DNA from: Microcystis aeruginosa NIES-2549
Lineage (GTDB): Bacteria > Cyanobacteriota > Cyanobacteriia > Cyanobacteriales > Microcystaceae
Length of the DNA stretch: 32,000 nucleotides
Direction of reading: 5' to 3'
NCBI RefSeq assembly: GCF_000981785.2
Contig: NZ_CP011304.1
Span: forward strand, 540,001 to 572,000
Below, one piece after another: positions 1 to 8,728 of the stretch. Under the pieces are notes generated by a model that was not told the origin of the DNA, made no database searches, and saw nothing but the letters and a program-made list of their open reading frames with translations. A program made the position numbers and the translations under genes. Position 1 is the first letter of the stretch. The number at the start of each line of letters is the position of its first letter.

Positions 1-350
1 AGACTCCAAATATGCAATCTTCCCGCCACATAACGCCAATCCGGTTCCTCTGGACTACACATTTCTAGGGCGCAATTGATTAAATTATCCTGTATTTCCC
101 TAGTGGTAATCCCATCCCGCAGGCGTGTGGTTAAACCCGCTTCTAAGGCGATTGAATTGACTTTTTTACCTTCACAAGCCCACTCTACCACGTCGCGAAT
201 TTTGCCGATATTTAAGCTTGTGGTGGAACCATCACGCCGAATCACTTTAATTCCATGGCTGCCCATATTAGCTAAAGGGGTAGAACGAAAGGGTATTACT
301 TCGTTATTTTTGTGAATGGAAACAGCAGTAGTCAAGGGCTTCGATTGCAT
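1..350 (-). CDS. nrdA: Ribonucleoside-diphosphate reductase alpha subunit, N-terminal part (gene continues beyond the window start)
   Basis: Not in the ORF track because it is open at the window edge. Own translation of the minus strand from ATG (350-348): MQSKPLTTAVSIHKNNEVIPFRSTPLANMGSHGIKVIRRDGSTTSLNIGKIRDVVEWACEGKKVNSIALEAGLTTRLRDGITTREIQDNLINCALEMCSPEEPDWRYVAGRLHIW. This co-linearly resembles the E. coli NrdA N-terminus recalled from memory (VTKRDGSTERINLDKIHRVLDWAAEG...DAPDYQYLAARLAIF). Confidence 0.75.
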   Translation of the reverse strand, partial: MQSKPLTTAVSIHKNNEVIPFRSTPLANMGSHGIKVIRRDGSTTSLNIGKIRDVVEWACEGKKVNSIALEAGLTTRLRDGITTREIQDNLINCALEMCSPEEPDWRYVAGRLHIWS

Positions 351-378
351 AATTGGGAAATTGCGGCGTTAAAAAAAC

Positions 379-407
379 TTGACAAATTAATCTATTTGTA
401 CTAGAGT
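379..407 (+). promoter_or_regulatory. Sigma70-like promoter candidate: TTGACA, 17 nt spacer, TAGAGT
   Basis: TTGACA at 379-384 and TAGAGT at 402-407, with exactly 17 nt between. It points toward the 840-3755 gene and away from nrdA. Two more cTTGACAAA copies lie near 575 and 612. Confidence 0.3.
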
Positions 408-430
408 ATTCTATCAGATTTTCTAGGAAA

Positions 431-478
431 ACACAACATCTAGCGTGTTAAATAATTTTATAACTCTATATGTAGTAG
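431..478. promoter_or_regulatory. Candidate tandem NrdR boxes upstream of nrdA
   Basis: acacaacatctagcgt (431-446) matches 13/16 and actctatatgtagtag (463-478) matches 12/16 of the recalled NrdR-box consensus acaCwAtATaTwGtgt. Centre-to-centre distance is 32 bp. They lie 80-130 nt upstream of the nrdA ATG at 350. Confidence 0.45.
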
Positions 479-803
479 AGCGAGGATTGTTTTGTTCCCC
501 AAAACAGTGTTTTGGATGACATTTTCCGCAAAAAATTCTCGATTTTCCTGGGAAGAAAGATAGTTCCTTTGTATGCTTGACAAAAAGCTTGTTTTTTGAT
601 AACAAAAACAGATTGACAAAATATTTCCGATCCCATTGTGCTTGACTACTGAGGAGGTTGTGGTGAGACTTTATTTGTTCTTAACTTTTCGATAATTTAA
701 GACAAGAGTGGATTAAAAGTCAAATTTCCTCTGAGAACCTCTGAGAGAGTAAATTTTCTCTTTTCGCTATTTAGTGTCTTACCGCTAGAATAATAGGACA
801 AAA

Positions 804-819
804 ACGCTATATATAGCGT
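804..819. promoter_or_regulatory. Perfect 16-bp palindrome ACGCTATATATAGCGT (NrdR-box-like operator)
   Basis: Perfect self-complementarity checked by hand. It matches 14/16 of the recalled NrdR-box consensus. It ends 20 nt upstream of the ATG at 840. Confidence 0.4.
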
Positions 820-839
820 CTAGCCAGTAGAGGACAAGG

Positions 840-3755
840 ATGAAATATTTAGAAGAATGGCGTGGTAGCGGGGTGGACGCGGAGTTAATTGATCTCAATG
901 TCACTGGTTTAGCGGGGTTATCTCCCAGTGAATACCTACTCTACTCCCAAGAATTACCGCGACGCAATGATGGCAGGGTTAGGGATAGTATTCTCAAGCG
1001 TTATGAACATACCAGTCAAGGCGGTTGGTGGTGTTCAGGAATTGACTTATTAACGGGTAATTATGACACTTGGGGCTGTTTTAAGCCCGATTTTCCCCGT
1101 TTAAGCTTCGATAAGGCTAAACCGATTAAGTACGAACATCCTCCCCAAACCCCTACGGGAGTCTTTGCTTTGCGGGTTCCCCTGAAAATTTGGCAAAGGA
1201 TAGCCCAGTCTATCAATGTTAATATTTTACCTGAAGAAGTGGATAATAAGCAAGAGGATCTCGGTTTTTGGTCGTGGGTAATTAAACATCCAGAGATACC
1301 TATTTGTCTTACGGAAGGGGCAAAAAAAGCGGGGGCTTTACTAACAGCAGGTTATGTAACAATTGCCTTACCCGGGATTCACAATGGTTATCGTACTCCC
1401 AAGGACGAATTAGGTAGGAGAATCGGCAAATCTCATTTAATTCCGCAGCTAGAAAAATTAGCTAACTCTGGACGAAAGATTTATCTAGTTTTTGATCAAG
1501 AAACTAAACCGAAAACCCAACAAGCGGTTAATTTAGCTTTACGGAGAATGGGTTATCTATTCAGTCAGGCTAACTGTGAGGTAAAGGTAGTTGCTTGGGA
1601 TGCTGCTGACGGTAAAGGGGTGGATGATTTACTAATCAATCGAGGAGAAGATTACTTTCAACAAGTCTATCAAAAAGCTACTTCTTGGGAGATTTGGAAA
1701 GCAACGAATTTAAATAGTTTAACTCTCCCACCTCATCTAGAGTTAAATAGCCGTTACTTGCCAGATATTTCTATCCCTACATCAGCGCAGTTAGTGGCGA
1801 TTCAATCGGCTAAAGGTACGGGTAAAACTGAGTTTTTAGCCAAGATAGTTAAACAAGCTATTGCCAATCAACAAAAAGTTTTAGTTATCGGTCATCGGGT
1901 TAAACTGGTAGAGGAGTTATGTCAACGCTTTGGTTTAAACTATATCAGCAAAATTAGGGATAATCCTGCGGCACAAATTTACGGTTATGGTTTATGTATT
2001 GACTCTCTCCATCCCCAATCACAAGCTAAATTTCAAGCGGAAGATTGGCAAGGCTCTATTATTATTATCGATGAGATCGAACAAGTTCTATGGCATGGTT
2101 TAAATGGGGATACTTGTAAAACTAATCGTGTAGCAATTTTAAAGTCTTTAAAGTCTCTGCTGCAAACTGTGGTCAGCAGTGGGGGAAAAGTCCTAGTTGC
2201 CGATGCTGATTTAAGTGATATTTCCCTAGATTATTTAACTTCTTTAGCTGCAATTAAATTAGAAACTTTCTTGATTAGTAACGAGTGGAAACCTAGTTAT
2301 CAGGAAGCTTGGCGAGTTTATAACTACTCTGATAATACTCCTCACCAGCTAATTAAGCATCTAGTAAAACATATTAAAGAGGGAGGAAAACCTTTTGTTT
2401 GTCTATCAGCACAAAAGTTAACCAGTAAATGGGGTACAATTACCCTAGAATCCTATCTCAAAAAACAATTTCCCCACAAGAAAGTTCTGCGAATAGATTC
2501 AGAGTCATTGCAAGATTCTAGTCACGCTGCCTATCAAGCGATTGGCAATTTAAATCAGTTGTTACTTAACTATGATATAGTTCTAGCTAGTCCCGCGATC
2601 GAAACGGGAATTAGTATTGATATTCAGCAGCACTTTTCCTCGGTTTGGTGTATAGCACAGGGAATTCAAACTCCCACTTCTATCGCTCAATTTTTAGGGA
2701 GAATTAGAGAGAATATTCCTCGTTATATTTGGTCAGCAGTGTACGGATTTAATCAGGTGGGTAATGGTTCCACTTCTATCCCCAAACTTCTCACCTCTGG
2801 ACACCGATTAACCGAGGTTAATATTCGCTTACTACACCAATCAGATTTAGAATCTCTAGAGGATTTAGATACAAGTTTTCAAGCGGAATCTCTCCTCTGC
2901 TGGGCTAAAATGGCCGTGCGAGTCAATGCTTATATGCTTAATTATCGTCAGTCAATTCTAGGGATTTTACAAGCAGAAGGTCATAGAATTAAAGAACGAA
3001 ATCAGGAAGAAGAACTAGACATAACTAATCAGTTAACGGCAGCAATTGAGGAGATTATGGAACATAATTATCGTTCTGAATGCGATGCGATTGCCAACGC
3101 AGCTGAGATAACGGAATCAGAGTGTCGTCTGCTAAAAAAACAGTTAGTTAAGTCAGTAAAAGAAAGGAGAATTATTAGAAAATATGACCTATATAAACGC
3201 TATGGAATCCCCGTCACACCGCAATTAGTGATTAAAGATGACCAAGGATGGTATCAAGAACTACGTCTACATTACTTTTTGACAATCGGGCGACAATTTT
3301 TGTGTGATCGAGATGCTTTAATTGCGCGTAAACTGATAGAATCAGGTCACGGAAGTTTATTTATTCCCGATTTTAATAGCAGTCAATTAGGAGTGATTAT
3401 CGGGACGTTAGAATTGTTGGGAATTCCCGTATTATTAGCTAACCCTGAGAGAGAATTAAATAATCATGATGCCGATTTACAAAAAATGGCGGAAATCGCC
3501 ATTAAAAACCGTAACGAGATTAAAACTATCACCAAGATTAACCTCTCTAATACTTCCCGTCCTCTGACGATTATTCGTAATTTTTTAAACTTGTTAGGTT
3601 ATCAATTAACCAGCAAGGGCAGCCAGAGAATTGCTAAAAAATACCTAAAAGTTTATCAGATTGTTGCACCTTATGATGGGAGAGAACAAGTGTTTCAACA
3701 ATGGTTATTTAGAGACGAAAAATGTGCGGGAAGTTCTGAGATTTGGTATGAATAA
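840..3755 (+). CDS. DUF3854 (Toprim-like) plus P-loop NTPase replication/primase-helicase protein, cyanobacterial plasmid Rep (CyRepA)-like
   Basis: 971-aa ORF. Toprim-like block: ICLTEGAKKAGALLTAGYVTIALPGIHNGYR...IYLVFDQE...GKGVDDLL. Walker A: IQSAKGTGKTE. Walker B: IIIIDEIEQV. This architecture is typical of cyanobacterial plasmid replication proteins. Confidence 0.7.
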   Translation: MKYLEEWRGSGVDAELIDLNVTGLAGLSPSEYLLYSQELPRRNDGRVRDSILKRYEHTSQGGWWCSGIDLLTGNYDTWGCFKPDFPRLSFDKAKPIKYEHPPQTPTGVFALRVPLKIWQRIAQSINVNILPEEVDNKQEDLGFWSWVIKHPEIPICLTEGAKKAGALLTAGYVTIALPGIHNGYRTPKDELGRRIGKSHLIPQLEKLANSGRKIYLVFDQETKPKTQQAVNLALRRMGYLFSQANCEVKVVAWDAADGKGVDDLLINRGEDYFQQVYQKATSWEIWKATNLNSLTLPPHLELNSRYLPDISIPTSAQLVAIQSAKGTGKTEFLAKIVKQAIANQQKVLVIGHRVKLVEELCQRFGLNYISKIRDNPAAQIYGYGLCIDSLHPQSQAKFQAEDWQGSIIIIDEIEQVLWHGLNGDTCKTNRVAILKSLKSLLQTVVSSGGKVLVADADLSDISLDYLTSLAAIKLETFLISNEWKPSYQEAWRVYNYSDNTPHQLIKHLVKHIKEGGKPFVCLSAQKLTSKWGTITLESYLKKQFPHKKVLRIDSESLQDSSHAAYQAIGNLNQLLLNYDIVLASPAIETGISIDIQQHFSSVWCIAQGIQTPTSIAQFLGRIRENIPRYIWSAVYGFNQVGNGSTSIPKLLTSGHRLTEVNIRLLHQSDLESLEDLDTSFQAESLLCWAKMAVRVNAYMLNYRQSILGILQAEGHRIKERNQEEELDITNQLTAAIEEIMEHNYRSECDAIANAAEITESECRLLKKQLVKSVKERRIIRKYDLYKRYGIPVTPQLVIKDDQGWYQELRLHYFLTIGRQFLCDRDALIARKLIESGHGSLFIPDFNSSQLGVIIGTLELLGIPVLLANPERELNNHDADLQKMAEIAIKNRNEIKTITKINLSNTSRPLTIIRNFLNLLGYQLTSKGSQRIAKKYLKVYQIVAPYDGREQVFQQWLFRDEKCAGSSEIWYE

Positions 3756-3898
3756 GGTTCTTAAGTACCTAAGCAAAATTAATTACACATATCTAACCAC
3801 CTCTTGCCTCTTGCCTCTTGCCTATCTTCACTAGGAAATTAATTTTGCACGACTACTTAGGGACTTCTTATACAAATAATTAGGGTTTCCTGAATAAA

Positions 3899-3937
3899 TC
3901 TAAAAACCTTGTTGGATAAGGTTTTTAGACTTTTTTC
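3899..3937 (+). terminator. Rho-independent terminator, probably bidirectional
   Basis: Perfect 12-bp stem tctaaaaacctt / aaggtttttaga (3899-3910 and 3918-3929) with a 7-nt loop, followed by cttttttcc. On the minus strand the hairpin is followed by tttattc. It lies between the convergent genes 840-3755 (+) and 4077-6086 (-). Confidence 0.7.
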
Positions 3938-4076
3938 CCCCCAAAAAGTGCCGACCATTGGAGTGATCGGGGAAAAATTCAGTTACTTTTTCTCTGAAAA
4001 TTAGGTAGTTGACCACCTGAAAATGGGTAAAACCCCACACCCTACCCCCACGAAAAACTTTTTCAGCAGACCCTAA

Positions 4077-6086
4077 TTAATTAGAAGAAGTCTCTAGGTT
4101 ATTTTTCGGGACATTCAAAACAGGATTTTGGTCAAAGAAACCCCAAGACATAATCTTAAAACCAGCCGGATGTACGGTCATAATTGGCCATTCTTCGGGA
4201 CGAGGAATATGGGTAACACCGTAGGTGTACCAGATAACTAAATCCTCATTGTCGAGAGATTCATTATCAGCAGTATATTGCGGTAAACCTCGGCCTTTTT
4301 TGCCTTGATTGGGATAATCTCCCGCTGCATAAAGCTCGTTCGCTTTGTAACGAGTTGCCCAAAAATGATGGGTAGCAAATTCACCCCGTTGATGAGAATC
4401 TGCTTGGAAATTGGGATAATAAATTGAATTTGTCGATGGCATTAACATATAACTTGTCGGCATTCCTAGGGAGTTTTTCTGATTCTTATTCATTACCATC
4501 CAAGCGCGACTTTCAGCTAAATTCACATCACGAATTGCCTCGGATTCTTGCTGAAGATTTCTTTCTGACATAGTGAAGGCATTACCAAAGGGATTCTTTT
4601 CTGGTGATCGGGTAGAAACCTTCATTTCAGTAACAGAATTTTTAACCCCATCCACATCAAAATCGAGACGAAAATTTAAGAAATGCTGATGATTAATTGC
4701 TTCCACATTTGCCGCTACTAATGTCCCAAATTTATCGCCATGCTCATGAGAATTAGTGAGATTAGGAGTCGCTTTAGCTAACATAATTCCCGTTAAATCG
4801 CTGCGCTGTTCTAAAGTACCATCTTCATGAAAAATCCAGTTAATTCCATAGTCATAATTACCAATAGCAGCCACGGTACTAACTACTAATTGACGGGCGC
4901 GGCGACCTTCAAAAGTTTCCGTGTTAAAATCATAATGTCGCCAGAGAATTCCCGCATCCTTTTCGTAAATACCGATAAGATTTTTCCCGATATAAGGTTC
5001 CCCATTATCATCAGCAAACAAGGCATTTAACAAGACAGTATTTTCGGGAACATCATTACCTTTATCCAAGGGAGTAGATAGCCAACCAAAACGATATTCT
5101 CCCACATCAAAAGCACTACGAACCGCCCATTCTCGCGAGGTATTGGAGTAGGGAACTAGCATTTCTGACAGTCCTGCACGATATAAAATCATTCTATCTT
5201 TACCGTTATCATTGTAGGTAACTAGATAAAGAACTAACCCCTCTCTTGGGTGCATGAGATAACGAAATTTCCAATTTTGCCAGCTAACTTCGTTACCCTT
5301 AATCTGAAAAGTTGTCCCTTGCGGTTGTCGAATTCTTAAAGGTTTTAGGGCTTTTTGAAGGGGTGAAAGGGTTTTTTCATCGTAATCAAAATTGGCTTTT
5401 GAGAAAGGTATAATACCAGTATCTTGCACTTCAAATACTTGGCGATTATTTAAATCTACCGTCACCGATAAACCTTCGATCGGTGCGCCATAATAATTAC
5501 TGCGATCCTTGCCTTTATAGTAAGTAATCCCGCGAATTAAGCGCTTTCCCGATGCTTGTTCTTTCTCGCTCATCATCCCAGGGGCCCAACCATCAATGAT
5601 GACGTTTTCAAAGTCAGCAATCCCGCGTTTTTTCATAGCTTCTTGCCAACGAAGATCAGCTTTAGCTACTTGATCGAGAATTTCGTATTCTTCATCTAAC
5701 AATGGTGGTTGTCCTGTCGATACTTCTTGCCATGAGATAATTTTACTCGCTTTGGTATCGACAATAGCCTCATAGGTTTTATTCAGTCTGGGTTCCAGAA
5801 TTACTAAAAAAGCCTGACGAGCAATAGCATCTCCTTTTTTAAAGTTTAAAACAGTTTGCTTATCGGGTTCTTGTAAAGAAATATTAGGAAATCTGGCGAA
5901 CTCCGTCAGGGATTTGTCTTTTTTCACCACAGTTACCGCCATTTTAATCTCATTTTCTGTGAGGGGGTCGAGAGGATGGCTAATCCCTGGGGATTGGGCG
6001 AAAGTTTTCCCAAAAATTAAGATCACTCCGCAGCTGATTACAAATAAAATCGTCAGTGGCCGCCACCATGAGTATTTTTTCAGCAT
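4077..6086 (-). CDS. Copper-containing (topaquinone) primary amine oxidase, secreted
   Basis: 669 aa. N-terminal signal-like segment: WWRPLTILFVISCGVILIFGKTFA. TPQ precursor motif NYDY in AAIGNYDYGINWIFHEDGTLE. Length and overall pattern fit the copper amine oxidase family. Confidence 0.85.
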   Translation of the reverse strand: MLKKYSWWRPLTILFVISCGVILIFGKTFAQSPGISHPLDPLTENEIKMAVTVVKKDKSLTEFARFPNISLQEPDKQTVLNFKKGDAIARQAFLVILEPRLNKTYEAIVDTKASKIISWQEVSTGQPPLLDEEYEILDQVAKADLRWQEAMKKRGIADFENVIIDGWAPGMMSEKEQASGKRLIRGITYYKGKDRSNYYGAPIEGLSVTVDLNNRQVFEVQDTGIIPFSKANFDYDEKTLSPLQKALKPLRIRQPQGTTFQIKGNEVSWQNWKFRYLMHPREGLVLYLVTYNDNGKDRMILYRAGLSEMLVPYSNTSREWAVRSAFDVGEYRFGWLSTPLDKGNDVPENTVLLNALFADDNGEPYIGKNLIGIYEKDAGILWRHYDFNTETFEGRRARQLVVSTVAAIGNYDYGINWIFHEDGTLEQRSDLTGIMLAKATPNLTNSHEHGDKFGTLVAANVEAINHQHFLNFRLDFDVDGVKNSVTEMKVSTRSPEKNPFGNAFTMSERNLQQESEAIRDVNLAESRAWMVMNKNQKNSLGMPTSYMLMPSTNSIYYPNFQADSHQRGEFATHHFWATRYKANELYAAGDYPNQGKKGRGLPQYTADNESLDNEDLVIWYTYGVTHIPRPEEWPIMTVHPAGFKIMSWGFFDQNPVLNVPKNNLETSSN

Positions 6087-6418
6087 AGAAATCCCTCGAT
6101 AAGGCTAAAAGATGGTCAATCCTAGACATGATAATCTGGGATGTCATAATTAACCTTATATCTTGTGAAAAAATTAAGATCGATGTCGGCTGTATTAGCG
6201 CAGCTTGATGCAGATTAAATTGTTAATTTTGACACAATACAAGGCGTTGCTCAATCAAGCTATGAATACCAACTGTGCATCCTATCTAAAAGTTAGTTTG
6301 CCAGAAGCTTCCTATCTCAAATCAGCAACGCCAACCCCTGCCAACCGAAACCGATAGCAACTCCTCAACCAGCGGCCAAAACAGCGATCAAAACCAGATT
6401 AAATCCAGTTAATCGAGT

Positions 6419-7069
6419 TTAGACTTGATAGGGATTACCCAAGCGATCCACAAAAACATTGTAATTTAAGGGTAAACGCCCTGGATTAAGCCGCGGTTCC
6501 GCCGCGTAACCGATGGGAACGACAACAGCGATCGCCAGATCGGGATGATCGGCAGCACCGATCACAGCTTTTACCTTATCCTCGATCCAACCGTTGAGAA
6601 AACAACTAGATAAACCGAGACTTTCAGCAGCTAAAACCAGATGAGTAGCGGCAATCATCGCATCTTTAATCGCATATTCCCGGGTTTTTTCGCCCAAATC
6701 CTTTTGAAATCCCGGGATTGCCTGTTTAAAATATTTTACCGTGCCTTCGCTCCAGGCACCTGTACTGAGAGCCTGTTCATAGATAGGAGTTAGATCTCCT
6801 CCTCCTGCGGCAGCATCGGCAGCGAAAACAAAAGTAACCGGCGCTTGGATAATTTGCTTTTGTCCCCAAGCGGCCTCGGCTAAAGCGGCCTTTTGTGCCT
6901 CATCTTGTACTAAAATAATTCGCCAATCTTGGATGTTGAAACTACTAGGTGCAGCAACGGTTAATTCTACCAGGGTTTTCAGCAGTTCTGGGGCGATCGG
7001 ATCGGTGGTAAAATTTTTAATAGAACGACGTTGATTAATCGCCGTGGGAACATCGAGAGGCAAGGTCAT
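6419..7069 (-). CDS. Nitroreductase family protein
   Basis: 216 aa. INQRRSIKNFT near the N-terminus, then PSSFNIQDWRIILV. This is typical of NAD(P)H-flavin nitroreductases. Confidence 0.75.
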   Translation of the reverse strand: MTLPLDVPTAINQRRSIKNFTTDPIAPELLKTLVELTVAAPSSFNIQDWRIILVQDEAQKAALAEAAWGQKQIIQAPVTFVFAADAAAGGGDLTPIYEQALSTGAWSEGTVKYFKQAIPGFQKDLGEKTREYAIKDAMIAATHLVLAAESLGLSSCFLNGWIEDKVKAVIGAADHPDLAIAVVVPIGYAAEPRLNPGRLPLNYNVFVDRLGNPYQV

Positions 7070-7275
7070 AAAGTCAATGGATCAAGTTAAATACTTCTAA
7101 TTATTATAAGGTCAAGCTATCAGCCTCAGTCTTAGGTGTGAAAAAACAGAAATAGTAAAACATCAGGGTTAAATTGTGGCAGTCAGGAAAAGATCGACTA
7201 TACTGTTAAACTTAAACAGGTCATAACCCAATGACCATCTAGCTATAATCATGTCACCGCCACAAAAATCATTTT

Positions 7276-8700
7276 ATGCTTTCTGAGCCGGAACCGAGGG
7301 ACACTCTCACCACTGCCACCGTCAATATGGGCGATCAAAGTGCCGATATTAAGCCAATTTTAGCCTTAAAAGAGTTGGTCGCCAGTTTATATCGTGAACA
7401 AAACAAAGTTCAAAATCTCTTAAGTTCCCTCGGTTTTGCCCTGCGGAGTTTCAATAATTTAAACCAATTCCTCGATCTTACCCCCTTGATGGCCGCACGA
7501 GTGGCAGACGCGGAGGGAGGGGCGTTGATTTTGAGCAAAAATAACGGTCAAGTGGCGCTTGATCAACTGCATTGCCAAGATAATCAAATTAATGGGGAAC
7601 TCCGCCGACAATTAGAGGCAATTATCCGACAATTAAACCAAGAAGCGACACTTGAGAACAAAAACAATCGATCGCTTCTCGATAGTCTCGACCATAAAAT
7701 CCGGCAAACTCTCGGACAGGGTACGCAGGTTTATAGTACACCTGTTTTGGTAAAAAATAGTGAGCGGGGACGTTTATACGTTTTCAGTCGCGATCCCGAT
7801 TATGGTTGGACACCCACCCGTCGTAAACTGCTGCAGCTAGTGGCCGATCAAACGGCGGTGGCTATAGCTAATAATGAATTAACGATCGAATTACGGGCCA
7901 AGGAACGTCAGGATCGAGAGTTAGAAATCGCTTCCGAAATCCAAAATCGTCTTTTACCCCGGCAATGTCCGAAAATTCAGGGGGTAGAATTGGCAGCCCA
8001 CTGCAAAACTGCTAATCGCGTTGGTGGCGATTATTATGATTTTATCCCCTGCAACTACGATCAATTTAAACCGGCAACGGAGGCGGAAATGGAAGCCAGT
8101 ACCGCCCCTTGGAGTATAGTCATCGGTGATGTTATGGGTAAAGGTGTCCCGGCAGGATTATTGATGACCATGACCCGGGGAATGTTGCGAGCGGAAGTGT
8201 TAAATCGTCACTCCCCGGCCCAGATTTTGCGTCATCTCAATCGGGTTATGTATGCCGATCTCGATAATTCTCATCGTTTCGTGACATTATTTTATTCCGA
8301 GTATGATCCCCTGACGCAGCGTCTTGGCTACAGTAATGCTGCCCATTATCCCACCCTCTGGTGGCGAGCTAAACGGGGAGAGTTAGAGTCTCTCGACACG
8401 GAAGGAACATTAGTTGGTTTAGAGGCCGATTCTATCTATGATGATGCCCAAGTGCAATTAGAAGCGGGAGATACGCTGATTTATTATACCGATGGCTTTA
8501 CCGATGCAGTCAACTCGAAAGGGGAAAGATTTGATCAGAAAAATTGGCTATCGGCAGTTAAAGAAGCCTGTCAACAGTACACCGATCCCGAACAAATTCT
8601 CGAATATTTATTTGGGACAGTTGCCGCTTTTACTGGGTTGGAAAGTGACGGTAGCGACGATATGACTTTAGTAGTTATGCGAGTGAAATCGGAGGAGTAA
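7276..8700 (+). CDS. GAF-domain PP2C/SpoIIE-family serine phosphatase (RsbU-like)
   Basis: 474 aa. The C-terminal half carries PP2C/SpoIIE motifs: ASEIQNRLLP, VGGDYYDF, VIGDVMGKGVPAGLLM, YYTDGFTDA, DDMTLVVM. The N-terminal half is GAF-like. The true start may be an internal Met. Confidence 0.8.
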   Translation: MLSEPEPRDTLTTATVNMGDQSADIKPILALKELVASLYREQNKVQNLLSSLGFALRSFNNLNQFLDLTPLMAARVADAEGGALILSKNNGQVALDQLHCQDNQINGELRRQLEAIIRQLNQEATLENKNNRSLLDSLDHKIRQTLGQGTQVYSTPVLVKNSERGRLYVFSRDPDYGWTPTRRKLLQLVADQTAVAIANNELTIELRAKERQDRELEIASEIQNRLLPRQCPKIQGVELAAHCKTANRVGGDYYDFIPCNYDQFKPATEAEMEASTAPWSIVIGDVMGKGVPAGLLMTMTRGMLRAEVLNRHSPAQILRHLNRVMYADLDNSHRFVTLFYSEYDPLTQRLGYSNAAHYPTLWWRAKRGELESLDTEGTLVGLEADSIYDDAQVQLEAGDTLIYYTDGFTDAVNSKGERFDQKNWLSAVKEACQQYTDPEQILEYLFGTVAAFTGLESDGSDDMTLVVMRVKSEE

Positions 8701-8728
8701 ATCATCGGTTTCTAGGTCATAAATTAGC

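Noticed and set aside
76-315. 79-aa plus-strand ORF
   Set aside because: It lies entirely antisense to the well-supported nrdA 5' coding region (minus strand, 1-350). Its sequence is low-complexity with no motif.
423-605. 60-aa minus-strand ORF in the nrdA upstream region
   Set aside because: It overlaps the candidate NrdR boxes and promoter-like elements. It has no motif and sits in AT-rich leader sequence.
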